Assembly: GCA_964276515.1 (NCBI GenBank)
Contig: OZ193910.1
Location: 62,001-126,000, forward strand
DNA: 64,000 nt
Source of the DNA: Gordius albopunctatus
Taxonomy: Eukaryota
Direction of reading: 5' to 3'
The notes under the pieces are model-generated. The model saw only the letters and a list, made by a program, of their open reading frames with translations, made no database searches and was not told where the DNA came from. The position numbers were made by a program, and so were the translations under genes. Within the stretch, counting starts at the first letter, position 1. Every line of letters begins with the position of its first letter. Of this stretch, positions 39,501-54,500 are shown in pieces.

Positions 39501-42500
39501 TCCAAAAAATAGGACGACTCACTATGGACTCTTTTGCTGGTGATGATGGTATGAGTCTGTTAAACTATTAAACAGCCCACGTGCGTGCTGGAGCAAAGCA
39601 GCACATAGTTAGCTAGCATTGCTAACGACGCGAGCAACGTAACAACTCTACTCACAATCATTATAAATCATCGTTCAATTAATTATACATATCTTGGACC
39701 TTTAAAAAACATTAATTATGTCTTCGAGTGTATGTTCGGAAGTTGGCAATTTTTTATGAATTTTTAAATTGTGAGTTATTTCCATCATAATGGGACGTCA
39801 AAAATTTTATAAATTGGTTTAATATATAATTACAAAATTAGTGAGTACCTTGATTTTAAACCTGTACATCACCCCATTTTTTGCCAGGATAAATGAGTAT
39901 CTTTTCAACTAATATGTCTTTATTTTTGTACTGCGCTTATGTATGTAACTTATTTCGCGAAAAAACACTTCTTAACAAAAAAAATGTAATAAGCAGTTTA
40001 GTATTGCGATTAAATTACAAACAGTATATCTCCCTGGCTAAAGACAAAAAAAGTTAAGTGACTAAATATCATTTATACAGCATTTTTCTTTAATTTTGCA
40101 CTTCTAAACTATGTTTTATTGGGACTGGAAAATGGTGATCAATCATAGCTTTTGAAAGAGACAACTCTCTTTCCCTCTCCTTACCCATGCTACATTTTTA
40201 AATAATTTTAAAAAAAAAGCTAGCCCCATAATTATTATTTAATTCCTTCATAATCTTTTTAAAGTTTAAAATTAAAATTTTAACTTGATAATTTAGTAAA
40301 ATAACTTTTAAAATGGTTCTTTCTAATTTTTTACTAATTTAAATTCTAAGTTAATCGCTTAAGAATTTTAAATATAGGCTAAATTTTTTTAATTTTTTTG
40401 AATTGCACCGGGAAACAAATAACGAGTCTGAAATACCGGACCGCGAGTTGGGTTTGGGCGGGATTCTGCCTAAAAACGGTCAGACTTAGGAGTAGAGCCC
40501 CGCACGGGCCGCCCGAAGTCCGACTCTGATGGGGCCGGGGCAGAAAAATCTTATTCTGGCATTTAAATAGATTCATAGTAGTTACAACTTTAAAAATAAG
40601 ATATCAAAAAGATTTTTATTTGGAACTGATATCTTATATATAAAAATGAAACTATGTGTGTATGTGTGTATGTATGCCGCCACCAATTTTGGAAAAAAGA
40701 ACCAAATTTATTAAACTGAAATTTTATCGATTATTTTGCAAGTTATTTACGTAAACGCCAAAATCGATGTCTATAAAAACTTTGACAGCAATTATTTTAA
40801 AAACTTGACGTATAGGGAAAAAATATAGACACGAACCATATGCGAGAGTGGCGAAAACACTTTCAAAGTGAGGCAAGGAGTAAAGTGCATGCTAAATAAG
40901 GAGGGGGGAAAAGTGTTCTCTTTAAAATCTAAGATTCATCTTTTCTCTGCCACTTGTGTGGGGGACGAAAGAGAATAAGTGCAAAAGTAAAGAAAAACGC
41001 TCTTAATTTTTTTATAAATTTCCTTTTTATAAGCGCTCATAATTTAAGTTCATATATGTTTATGGTAAAATAATTATATTTCAAAATGAAATCTTCCCCT
41101 CTTACTAATTTTACAAATTAAGCGACGATATATAGAAAAGACTACTAAATCATTGCTTTTTTAATCATATATAAATTCTGGAAGCTAACATAAATGCAAT
41201 TTCAAAATGCCCATTAAATTTAAAATAATTTTTTATAATATATGAAAACAACTTTGTAACAATACCTTTAGGCAAAACGGGTAAAGTTTGGGTCTCGCCC
41301 TATTTTATAACAAAAATTAAATCTCCATCAATTTCTCTTCATGTGATTTTATATAATAAACCCAATAAAAAGTTTTAATTTACCATGACGTCGAGCTTTT
41401 CACATTCCATGATGTCGTTTGGAGTGATGTATAATTTAAAACCTTTTGTAAATGCCAATTTCAATTGTGTTTCTGACCCAGAACAAACAAGTTTTCCCTG
41501 CACGACAAAGGCTATTCTATCACATATTGTGGTTACGGGTAAAAGTTGTGAGGTGAGTATAATGATGCTTTTGTCTAATTATTATATAGGTTTGAAAAAT
41601 TGTTAATAATTATACTTTGTTTTTGGTCTATTAGCAAAGAGCATAAATCGTTATAAAACCCAAATTCCAATTTTTGTAAGGCTTCTTTCAATATCACAAC
41701 CCGACATTCTCCAGCGAATGCTATCGCCAAATTTAACAAAATTCTCTTGTTACGACCCAAATCGCAAATTTTGCAATGTCGGTATTCGTAGAGTTGACAA
41801 ACTTTTAAAAAATTTTCTACGTCCTATAATAAAAATGTCACTTTCAATTAAAAGTTTAATATATTTTAGTAATTTAGCAAGTTTCAGATTATAATGAGAA
41901 AAATCACATGTAATATACACGAATTTTATAAATCCCCATTTAACCTTAAAATGTTATAATCTATATATATATATATAAATGTAACTCCGTTTTCTTCGGT
42001 CTCTAATAACTCCTAAAGTCCTCGACCGATTGCCACCAAATTTAGTCGGATCATTGCCCTGGCATCCTAGATGGTTTGTATATACTTTTTATCGACCTGC
42101 GACAGCCGTAACCCTGTTTTTTGGTAGTCTATAACGCCATCTAACGGATTATTTATACTACGCTTTTTGTACTTATTCAACGTTATGGTGCTACTAATTA
42201 CCTTAAACTTTTTCCCATAATTGTTTTGTCACTTTTGTCTCAATTTTTTACTCAACTACGCCCGTTTTTCTTACAATATATAAATTTGTAACAAATAAAT
42301 ATTCTAGATACCGTAATACATCACCATTTACTTAAATAAATATAACGCGCGCTTTTAGAAGAATTCCCACGTTTCGGGCTTTTTTTCTATTTTTATGAAG
42401 TTCGATTATTAATATTAAAACTACAAAAAGATTACTTTAACGGTAAGTTGATAAATGCAGACAATGGTTAACCGACAAACTTGAAATGCAGTTATATGAT

Positions 42501-45500
42501 TATTCATAAAGAATAATCGAGAGAACGAAGAAAATCATATTAAAAATGCCGCCAATTATTCCATCACTGTAATATGTGAGCCAAAATTGAATCGGAACCT
42601 CTGCTCTACATTAGTTAGATTACGGGCAGTGATGGGTATCCTTTATAAAAAAAGAAGATCAACAGAGAATGGTGGTAGCGTGGCAACCATTAAACTGTGG
42701 AACGCAATAGTCTAGGTAGATAATCCTTGGGTTTATGCCCCCTCCCCTTAAATGACAAAAAAATGTCTTTAAACGCTTATTACTGTGAAACTCTAATGTG
42801 CAACATTTCCAGAACATATAGAATGGGTAGAGTATTACGGAAACGCAAACTTATCGTTTGGGATGAATGCACAATGGCCCATAAAAAATCGCTCGAAGCT
42901 CTAGATCGCTCTTTGCAACATTTGCGGCGAGATTCCAGACCATTTTGTGGCGCATTTTTATTGCTTGCAGGAGATTTCAGGCAAACTTTACCAGTGTTTT
43001 TTCGATCAACCCCTGCTGACGAGATCAATGCTTGCCTAAAATATTCTATTTTGTGGCCTTATGTCAAAACCTTAAATTTAACTACTAATATGCGTGTAAT
43101 GTTACAAAATCAAGTATGTGAGTTCTTCTCCCATCAATTGCTAGAAATTGGAAACAGAATCGTGCCCGTCGATATAAACTCAGGACGGATTTCTCTACCA
43201 ACATTTGCAATTTTGTTCCATCTAAACTGCTTGGTTGATAAAGTATTTCCAAATATTAACGATTATTATCCTGATCGACTTTGGCTCCGCCAACGGGCCA
43301 TTCTCGCCCCCAAAAATAATCAGGTCCACGAGCTTAACAATCTCATCTTGTCTAACATTCAAGGCAATCCAATTACTTACAAGTCGGTTGACACTGCTGT
43401 TGCTATTGATGACACAAATTATCCACTCAAATCTTTCAATTCAAATGATCTGGCAGGGATGCCACCTCATATTCTGCATTTTAAAATTGACATACCAAGT
43501 ATCGCGATGTGCAATTTCAGTCAGCCAAAACTTTGCAATGGCTTGCGTCTCGCTGTTAGACGATTGATGTGTAACGTTGAAGAAGCCACGATTTTGACTG
43601 GACATGTGCATTTTTAAATTTTATAACTCCATAACAGGTATAGCTGTATATATCTTCATTTTAGCCTATCTACGAATACCAATATGTTTCTTCCCTACCA
43701 ACCATATCAATCTCCCATTTTTATTCTTATTCAAATTTATTTTTAGGTAATTTAAGCATAGTTTTCTTTCGACCGTCCGAAGCCAGGCCCAAACCTGGCC
43801 CGACTGGTCGGGCATTTCCTAACATCTCTCAGGTAAAGTTAAAACCGTATATGTACAATCAAAATATTAATATACGGATGGGTGTAGCCAGAGGGAGGCA
43901 GGGAGGGGTGACTGCTCCCCATCCAAATCATTTTTTTTAATTTATTAAAATTATGGTTAACATTTCAAAAAATTATCATTTTACTTCTGCCTAAATCATT
44001 ATTGCCCCCCTCCTCTAATTCCAAAGCTGGCTACCCTTATAAATATAGCAAAGGTCCCTTTTTAAACTTAAATACACTTGCAGGTCTAAACTTATCATAT
44101 CAATTTTTTTACTTTATACTGGTTTTTATTATAATCATACCTCACCTCACCTATAACACCTTCATCTGATCAATGTTTTATTAGGTATAACGATATAACT
44201 ATCTTTCTAATTTTTTTTCCTCATTCATAAATATTTCGCTTTCATTATACTCGCGGAAATTTGTATAATTTCTAATTATTTCTCATTTCAACCAAATACT
44301 ATAAAAGCCTTCATTTAACCAAATTTGAAGGAGATCTTTTAATATCTCTGATACCATAGATTTTAGGCTATGATATTCACTACTATAAACACTCTACTAA
44401 AATATTTTCTCTACATTGTACAGCATTATCATTGACTTTTATACACCAGTGGTTTATAACGTTTTGTCACCCAATCATGCATATTATAACTAAACATAGC
44501 ACTTTTTAACCTATATAATTAACAAATACCTTATAAGTATTTGAAAATGTTACAAATCTATTTAATTATGAATAAGTATATGCCTTTTCCTATATTTTTT
44601 TACATCATAAACGATTGACCCAAAATTTTTCATAAATGTTTTTTTAATTCATACTAATTATTTAGCTAATTAAGGACGAAGCCAAAGCAACGCTTGGCCG
44701 GGCACAGCTAGTGGCATATAATAAATATATAATAGAACATCGATTAAGCAATAGATAACTAATCGTATGCCTCGTACAAATTAAGATTTATCGAAAATGA
44801 AATTAAAAAATGTATAAAGCGACATATCCGTCATGTAAACAATTGAATATAACTATCTAAACTTACATTTTATGCCACTTTTTGGGAAAATTATTGCATA
44901 TTTACCATTGTTTCAAATGTAGTATTAGCTTCATTTAAACCTCAAATAATAGTTGTATTTACTTAATAATAAAGGATATCTTTGTGAGGGTGGGGGGAGT
45001 ATTTAAATGAACGTAGTAGATGAAAACCGGTTTAATTTAACAATGAATTGAGAAGAGAAAAGAAGTTTCAAAAGTGTTAGTTCTAATTTGTATAGATGCA
45101 CCTACATTAACCTTTTATATCATATAAATAATTTAAAGCCGAAATTAACCTCGTATCATCTAAAAAGCTTAATACAAACATATAGTAGTAACATTATCAA
45201 TAGAATATCTAAATGAATGCTTTTACTTGGTGGCGCACGTTACTCTTTGTCTTAGCGAGTTTCACGAAAAACCATAAATTCTCCTCAACAGTTAATTCCC
45301 TAAAATAGCAAACAGTTTGCGACGACGCGTATCCAATACTACTAGTCCTCCTCCTCCTATTTAATGTATTGCAGTAATGATAATTATATCATCATTATCC
45401 TTTAGTAATAAGGAAGGTAACCTTTTGCTGGGTGCTGCTGTGTCATCACATTCAAACGAAATTTGACCAGAATCAGGTATTACTTCTCCTTTAATAATGG

Positions 45501-48500
45501 CATCTAATGCGTCAATCGTGGCAGGTGAATCGGCATATAAATAGGTGATTTCATTTTGATAAAATGAACAATTCATATTCTCCAACAACATAGTGTTATT
45601 CTTTGTCTTTTATAAAAAGTGAAGTTAGCAATAAATTATAACTATAGGTAAATTTGGGACTTAAAGGCTAAAGGGTAGAATGGAGGAGTTAAGAAACAGC
45701 CTCAATCATGCTTTATAATAATTATTATTATGTATAAAATGATAATTTATTTAAATAACCTTATAAACGTTTTGGAAGGAAAGAAATTTTTTAGAATCAT
45801 TGCTAATCTCTGGTTCAAAAATATAATAATCGTGTTTATCAATCATTTCCATTTCAGGATTCGTTATTTTCTTTATCCCCAAGATACGCTTAATGCGCTG
45901 TAATGTAATAGCAAATATTTTTTGAAATCTTTCGAAATTCGATTTTTTAAAGAATGCCTCAACGCACAATCCCAATGCTATGTAGACTTCTGCATATAGG
46001 AACAAAACAAAGATATTCATAATATTTTTTGACGTCCAATCATTCCACTGCAAACCATCTTGTTCAATTTCTTTGCTTATAATTAATTCCATCAATTGGG
46101 TATAGCAGGCGACAGGTAGAGGAACCTAAATATAGTTGAAATTAAATCTTTAGTGTAATTCAAAAAATGCTAAATATATTTTCAAAAATTCGCATTGCAT
46201 TTAAAAACGTCTTTTTATAAAACCATTGACTCGAAGTCGAAAGCATCTCAATAGGAAAGAGCAGTAAATAACAATTAGACGGGCTTAACTTTTGGAGTGT
46301 GTTATTAGGTTAGCGCTAAAATAAAAAAGAGTAGGTACATGCTTTGTAATATATATGTTTTACATAAAAATATATTTCTTGTAAGGCTAAGTAGTTGAGG
46401 AGTATGCTTGTGAGAAGATAGGCAAAAAAACCGGTGGCAACAGCTGATCTAGCCTTAATGAACAAGCTTGCGATTAAGGTGCCAAATGAGATGCTGGTGA
46501 ATCCTTGCAAAAAAACAATGATGAATATGATCAAATTATCGGCGTATGTAAATATGCCCCCATAATATAAGAGTGAAGTTATCAAGGTAGAAGTGATTAT
46601 AGCTGGAAACAAGTAGGTAAAAATCCAAGAGATTGTCCAAAGGGTGTGGCTCACTCCAAACATTTTGTAATACCTTACACGTTTGTTCTCTTTCTCTTCT
46701 ACCATGGATATTGTTATCAGTGCTACATATGGTAACCAACATAAGTTTAAATGATGACTCATGGGCGTTTTTATGGACCTTAGAAACCTAGAATAAATGA
46801 TAAGCATTTTAGCGAAAATTCGCAAATTTATCATATATTAATTGCTTTAAATTTTACTCGTCACGATTATAGCAAGGATATGGCATCTGCTGAAGATACA
46901 AGCCTGGTTTGTGTACATAAGAATCATTGTCGTCAAGAGTGTTATTAGTGAAAATATCAATAATCGCAGTGTCGATGAGGTCCTGAAGAATGACAAAACC
47001 GTTGTAGTAGTATTTGTGGTGTGTTAGTGGATGTCTCAGAGGTGAATGTATATAATGCTCATCGTACAAGGTGTTTGTAGAATCAATTTTTCCCGCATCC
47101 ATCCGTATTTTGTAACGCACAAATTTTGAGGAATCTTCAATCAATGCATCGATTGGTTTTTGCATATGCTTGTCATTAACCATATCTATGAATACAATTC
47201 CAGCGAGAAAGTTGTCCGAGTCCATTAAATCTTGACTGTACTTCTCCACCTCTAATTCGCTACTTAAACCTTCTATTCTATCAACCACGAAGCAATCCAG
47301 CGTCTGGGATATCTTTGTAATTAATTTATCTAAAATGGTTATGATGGGTAAATATCTCTTTTGCTGAGGAGTTGCATTTTCCCCCGATTTGCTTTCCATA
47401 ATTTCAACATTTATCATAATATTATGAATTATATCTTTCAAAAAATGATGATAGAAAGAAAATCTTTCAAATGTCCTATTCACATTCTCCATAATTTTCC
47501 AAGTAACTTACATTTTTATAAATATATATTTATTTATTTTACCAGAATTAATAGGCGTAAATAAGAGTTTGTTGACAAATAGTGGTTTTAGGGTCTTCCA
47601 AGTATTTGCCAATAATCTCGATTGCTCCAGTTCATAAAATACGTTATGACAGTAATCTATTTTTATTATTAAATCATTATTTGCCTCGTTAAAAATTAAG
47701 ATAAATATAAAACTGAAGATCTACGCTGTAAATGGACAGATAAAACATAAAACTCCACCTATATTTGTTTACGATTAAATACACTTTTTGGAATGAACGT
47801 AAATGATCGCAGGTAATATGTATTGTTTTTAAGAAATACACAACTGATATACTTATAAAACATAACCGATATTCATTTTTCATACCACTAAGTATTTTTT
47901 AATCAAATTTGGTAAGGATTTTCAAATAATTATAAAAAAGTTCATTGCAGATATAATAACAGAGATCTACATGAAAGTAACTTATGGCTAAATACTTTCA
48001 TCGCGTAAAGTTGCAAAAGCTCAATGATTTTTAAAATTAACCGGTAATAATAAAAAAAGAATATAATAGCGTATTATTTAGTTGTAAATATATGAATTGT
48101 CACGACTTAAATAAAGGGCAAACTAGAATGGGGAAAGGGATGTACTTAATCTACACCCTATTTTTGGGCCGACATCTTCGTAACTCAACCTTTCTACCTA
48201 ACCTCTCCACGCCCTACTTTTCTCCCATCCCAACTACTTTCCAAATTTCCATTAAGTGTATACTTCGCCACTCGCTTTCTTCTTTCCAAACTTCACCTAG
48301 ACTCTCATTTCAGAGATCCCCTCCGCTACAAACTCTCCCTCAAACTCCCCATAACCCCCTCCCTACAATTTTTATACAAAAAATATCCTAGTGTCTCGAT
48401 AATTTTGGTGCGTATTTAAAACAAACAAAATACAAAAAATTGGATTATGATTGGGAAAAAAGCTACAATGGTATCACATTAAATTATTATCAGCCAAGTG

Positions 48501-51500
48501 TGCTATAGCTAAAATTATTGAAATTATTTAAATGCAATTGGTCAATAATGGAAAGCTAAAATAGTCATATTTTATATTTTTTAATCCTAATATTATGGTA
48601 ATAAGTATACTGGCAATGTACAATTATTGTACTTGATGTGTATGGAGTTTTGTCGAAATTTGACAAGGATTTATAGAGAACATCTTGGAAAAATTCTTTT
48701 AAACTGATTTCCCTCAAATATTCGTCTTGTATGGCTGAATAATCCATGCCACATAAAGATCTGAGTCCAGTCATTAGTGGGATATAATATTCTTTAGGTG
48801 TATAAGTCCGGTTATTATTACTCCATTCAATCAGCATCTTAAATAAAGGTTTCAAATGTCGGACAAATCTCTTGACATTTTCTTTCTATATATATTTTTA
48901 AAAAATTGATGAAAAAGAAATTATCGAATGAGCCTAATTTTTGTTAAGTGTCTTAGCTTTTATAAAAATAAAGCTTTGGGGAAATTTCTGAGATTACGAA
49001 AAAGTGTGAATTTAAAAAGAACATTACCCTTTTTAATTTTAAGGTACTTAATTAACAATGACGGCTAGTTATCATTAAGAATTGTAAATATTAGTGAGAA
49101 TAACATTGGGTCAAGTTACAAAAGAGCTAACCGATAAAATATTGGAGACTACATCGATTAAGTTATCCAAGCTTGTCCAATCGACCTAGTAGGTAGGAGT
49201 TACAAATTTATAACTTAATTATACCTTGTCCTTAATGCTCGGCGCTGCAACGGAAATCAATATTGTATAGATAGATTTAAAAAATATAGAAATTATAATA
49301 CCTTTGAGTAAGTTAGTAATATGTTTGGCAATTTTTCCCACGCTCTGATTTCCAAGGTATCTATCCATATCTATAAAAGCCGAGGCAAATCTAAAAATAA
49401 TGATATAATTATTTAGTCAATGACAGACGTCATGACTTTGAGTGCTAATTAGGACAACGAGTGTGTACAAGAGCGCGCATTATAATCAAGATGAAATGAG
49501 TGAGACATCATACTCAGATTTGCCGTCAAGGAAAAAGTTTTGGTCATCCATCGGCTTGTTATGGCAAGTGTTGTTGTAATTACAGATGTATCCGTAGAAA
49601 AAATGGAGGAAACCAGCTGATAACAAGGGTTTGGGGCTGTAATGACCTATTGGTAAAATATCAAATTCCTTCTTTTAACTCATCTAACTTTAATCATTTG
49701 ATTATCCACATTAATCGAGCAATCATATTAATTTATAAAAGATAAGATCACAATGGAAATCCTTAAATCCAACACGATTTCCATACACCGATCAATGCCA
49801 TCCGTTTAGTTTTAGCGCATTTTTAATATTTTTTACTCGTGTATGTAATTTTTTTATACCATATATATTTTGTGAAATAATAATAAAAATTTTTAAGAAG
49901 GGAAAATTTTCACATGGTTCGCGCTTTTAAGGATAAACACATTATGCGAGAGAGACAATGTAGCGTTGGCAAATGAAAGGGGGGGGGGGGGTATTGTTTT
50001 TTGAATAAAATCAAAGAAATGCATTAAACATCAAATAAGAAGATAGCCGCTTAAATATATAAAAATAATATTTAATACAAAAAGCCTATTTATTTCAAAC
50101 AGCAAAATGAAGAATTTTAATAAAATATAAAATAAAATAGATGGTTCAATCGTTACTCAATCGTTTTCAATTTTGAGCTAATCTTCGATCAAAGGTTCTT
50201 CTTCAATTAATAATTCAAATTAATTTTATATAGATATTCAAATTATGTTTAACATTTGCAAGGGCTTAAAATATATTAGGGGACACCGGGGCTATCCTAG
50301 CTATAAAAAATCAAACACTAAAAAAAATTTTTAACCGCTTTTCATATAGTTTTTTCAAAAAAATGTTCTTGTCCACAATGTTTATTATAGGATCAAATAT
50401 TGTGGCAATACAGATTTTTATATAGGAAGGTTTCAAGAAAAGACAACTCGTATAACTTCGAAAAATGAACGGGGTTAAAGTGGTCACCTTCAAAAGGGGC
50501 TAAGGTGTCCCCTATAATTTAAAGTTAAATGAGTCTAAATAACTAGAGTGCGTGTGCTTAAATTGCTAAAATATCAAAAGTTTGTCTTTTGTGGCATATC
50601 AAGTTTCATATAATAATTTATAATTGCTAAAATAGTTAAAGTTTATCTTTCATAACACATACAGTTTCATACAATAATTAATAATTGCTATAATATTATA
50701 AGTTTGTCTTTTAAAGCTATAAAATTTCATATAATATTTTAAAAAGTTTGTCTTTTATAGCTTATAATAAAAGCTTCATAAACAAATTGAAGAGGCCAAT
50801 CTAAATGTGTTTTTGCAGAGATTGTTATGATGAAATCATTGATTTAAGAGGTTTCATAAACTTGGCTGGCAATCATGAAATGGAATTAAAGTTTAAATTT
50901 ATAGCATATAAATAAAATATCATGTTGGTTCTAGAGTCCTTAATGAAATGAGGTCTTGACCAATCAGCACCTCCTGCCTGATTCATCATATTCTACCCAT
51001 GAATTAGGGATTGATAAATGAAATTGCAGTGCCATTTGATAAGAAGTCAAATACCTAACCTCAACAAATTTGAGCACATATTGATAAAATACTTGTTAAA
51101 TGGTATTATATATGATGTTAGCTTCTCCTCCTGATTCATACTAATTATTAAATAATATCATTCTTGTTTTACGTTCCTTAACAAATGATTCTCATTTTTA
51201 AAATTTAGTGTGATATATCTTTTTGTGGAAGAATAGCTAGAGTGTGTTTGTAAGGCGAAATCTTTCAGGCTAATCTTCTCTGTCATAGCAGCTTTAATCA
51301 CTTCATTCTTCATTTCATTATCTTGTACAAAATTTGTTTTACGCTTGTAAGTTCGCACCAAATGTATGAATGAATTGGAGATATTTATAGCCGCGCTATG
51401 GCCCCATGATTAAAAAAATTGTGCGAATTGTTTTGAGATAGTAATCTTTAAAAATTTATGTAGAAGATTTAATAGAGTTTTGACCTTTATTTTTAAGATA

Positions 51501-54500
51501 AAACGTTTCTATTTTGTTAATACTTTTTTTAGTTTAACTTAATGTTTTAAATAGAAATTTTTCATAAAAGTCTAGATTTGAGAAAAACTATCAAATTTCT
51601 TTAATTTGTGTAAAATTGACAATTCCTATATTTACAAATTTAGTGTAAAATTTAGTTGTTATTGTTAGAAACTTTTAATTAAGTTGCTTTATGGTGAAAA
51701 AATTAAAAAGATTAAAAGAGGTAACAATTTACTTCCGGTTTATTTAAAATTATTTCTAGAAAAAATATATATAAATAATTGAAATATAAGGGGAATTGGG
51801 GGAAAATATCTCTTTGTACATACAACTCTATAATCATAATTAATCATCAAACGGGATTAATGGGGAGAATAATAGATATGGGGAGGCGGTCACACGGTAC
51901 CAAGAAAATTGCATTAATGTTTAAAGCGGCATTTTACAGAGAGAGAGAGAAGGAGGGAAAGAAACACTTTATAAACCGTCTTTAGTAAAATAAATTCATA
52001 AATTTCTGATTTTTAGTCAATTAAATTCCTGACCCTTTTTAATATTAATTCTAAAGTTAGAACTCCTTAAAATATTTTTATGTAAAATTTTACACTTTTC
52101 TCAAAATCAAAGTGCGAAGGATAAATTACGTAAACGAGTCTTCGAAATTCCAAGGAAAAATAAATGAAATATGTTAAAATCTAAGTTTTAAATCAAATAA
52201 AAGGAAATGCGTTTAAAATATTTTCACAAATAGGCTTAGAATACTGGAGGTGGGGTATTTGGAAGGGCCCAGGCATCTAAAACATTCTCTATATTTAAAA
52301 GTGTTTGCTAAAAACAAGCCATAGTTTGCACACATATTCTTTCTGTAATTATCAAGTATTTGATCCCACAGTCATGGGGTTTGTTCTGATGAGTTTTCCA
52401 TCTTGACATGCTAAGTGCCATGTCCTTACCAATCTCTTTTGTTTTATTAACTTTGTGGACCGGCCATGTTGTATGCTTGGAATACTTGGAGAAACTTTTC
52501 CCCTTCTTTTTTCATCCGACCATGCCCATAGCATCCATGATTGCGTTCCTACCCGAGGCGATCTTTCCCTACGTGAGCGTTGAAATCGGCCCCAATAATT
52601 AGCCTTTCTTCCTGTCGGATTCCTTGTATTTCCTTTTCCAATGATTCGAAGAATATGTCTTTCTCTGATTCCGAACACCCAATTTGGGGAGCATACGCGC
52701 ACATAACGGTTAGGAGGCCCCCTTGATCCACAATCTTCACCCACATTAGCCTGTCGGAACAACGTTTGACTTCCACCACCTTGTCCTTGAACGATTCGCT
52801 TAGAACGATACCGACCCCATTTCTTATTAAGCTACTTATATTAAAAAATCTTATAAATTACAAACTTGTTTTGTACACCATCTTTAAAAGGCTTGGGGTC
52901 ATAATGTCCCCACCTAAACTACGGAGAGTTAATCTGATTATGTTAAAGGTTAAAATAATTCTAACATTTTAAAATGTTTGACATTTAAGAAGACCCTAAC
53001 TCATTTACAATTAAAGATGGGGCTAATATAATTTTTGGAAAGAATTAAAGTTATTGATATTTTTAATGGTAGCAAATTATGTCAAGCGCCCATAACATAT
53101 TTTTGTCTTAAATATTTAAGCTATTTCAAACTAAGAATCTAATTATGATTTTGATCGTACGAAACATAATAGCTCAAAAATGTCTCTAGGTACATGGCAG
53201 AGAAAGTTTATTGTCTAGGTATTTTAGCTTAAGCTTATTAAAATATCAGATTTTAGATTAAATAATCAAAAATGTATTTTTACAAAGGGTAAGTAAGAAC
53301 AAACATTTTTGAGAAATTAAATAAATTATTTCATAAAAAGAAATCTTTTTTTTGTGTGGTGTTAACATTTATTAATCATCAAATGTGAGATAATTTAATC
53401 TTAGATAAAATTATAAATTAAATTTCTGAATCTGGTGCAAAATGTAATTTGTGCAAAATGTAATAATGTAATATTCGCATTTTAGAAATTGAGACCGGTT
53501 TTCACGCATATTCATACGCATGTAATATGTACTAAAAAAGTAGGTAATAAAAGGATACTATAATTGTTAATTGAAACAAAATAAGTTATATCAAAATGTA
53601 TATAATACTATTTTATATCAAATAAATACATATTATCAAATAAATCACTAAATCTAACCCTTGCCTATATTACATTTTGCACATAATACATTTTGCACAC
53701 AAGTGCTTTAAATTCTTTCTAATGACCAGATTACTTCATAATTAGCTGTCTCAATAGGAAAATAGGAGAGAGGGTTAATTGTTGAGAGGTCAATAAGTCG
53801 CGTAGTTATACAACGCAGACGATTTAATATTTTTTTAAATTAAAAATCACGTGATCGAAAACGCAGATATTTTTATAATTGTTCTACTCGCAAACATTCC
53901 TCCATTTAACTTAATAAATTAATTATTCTAAAAGAAAACAATTTATATTATTGAGCTAGTAATTAGCAGAAAATCTTTCAAATTATATAAAATATTATGT
54001 TTATAGACTATTTACAGATTATGTTACAACAAATATTTATTTTTCTGATAAAATTAATTTTAATTGATTTTAACTAACATTGATAGATTGCAGTATAGCA
54101 AATTTTATAAAACGTTTCTTATCTTGAAAATGGATTTATAAATTTTTAGGGATTACATTTAAAAATTAATTTAAACAAAAGTGTTGTCAATTATTGCAAT
54201 CAATTTTAAACTTTATAATTAAAAAATATTTTAAATTGATTTTTCATGTGTAAAAAGTATGAGATTGACATTATATTTTTAGTATAAAAAATTAGAATAA
54301 AATGCTTACAAGGCGCTTGACGTAAAAATGCCCGATCTCCGTAGCCCCATCTAATGTAGACAACTGGCAAGACCAAAAATAATGGAGTCAACATGTGAAG
54401 AATTGAATCCAGCTATATTATTATAAATTATAGATAATAATAATTGTTGATAAACTTACTTTTTCCTTTCTGAATATTTGAACATTTTTCCAGGATAAAA

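Noticed and set aside
48098..48391. 99-aa ORF or solo LTR starting TGTCACGA
   Set aside because: Low-complexity pyrimidine-rich intronic sequence; no matching LTR end or TSD found.
52380..52410. Hammerhead ribozyme core (CTGATGAG)
   Set aside because: No GAAA core or flanking stems; it is the antisense of an RTE 3' end.
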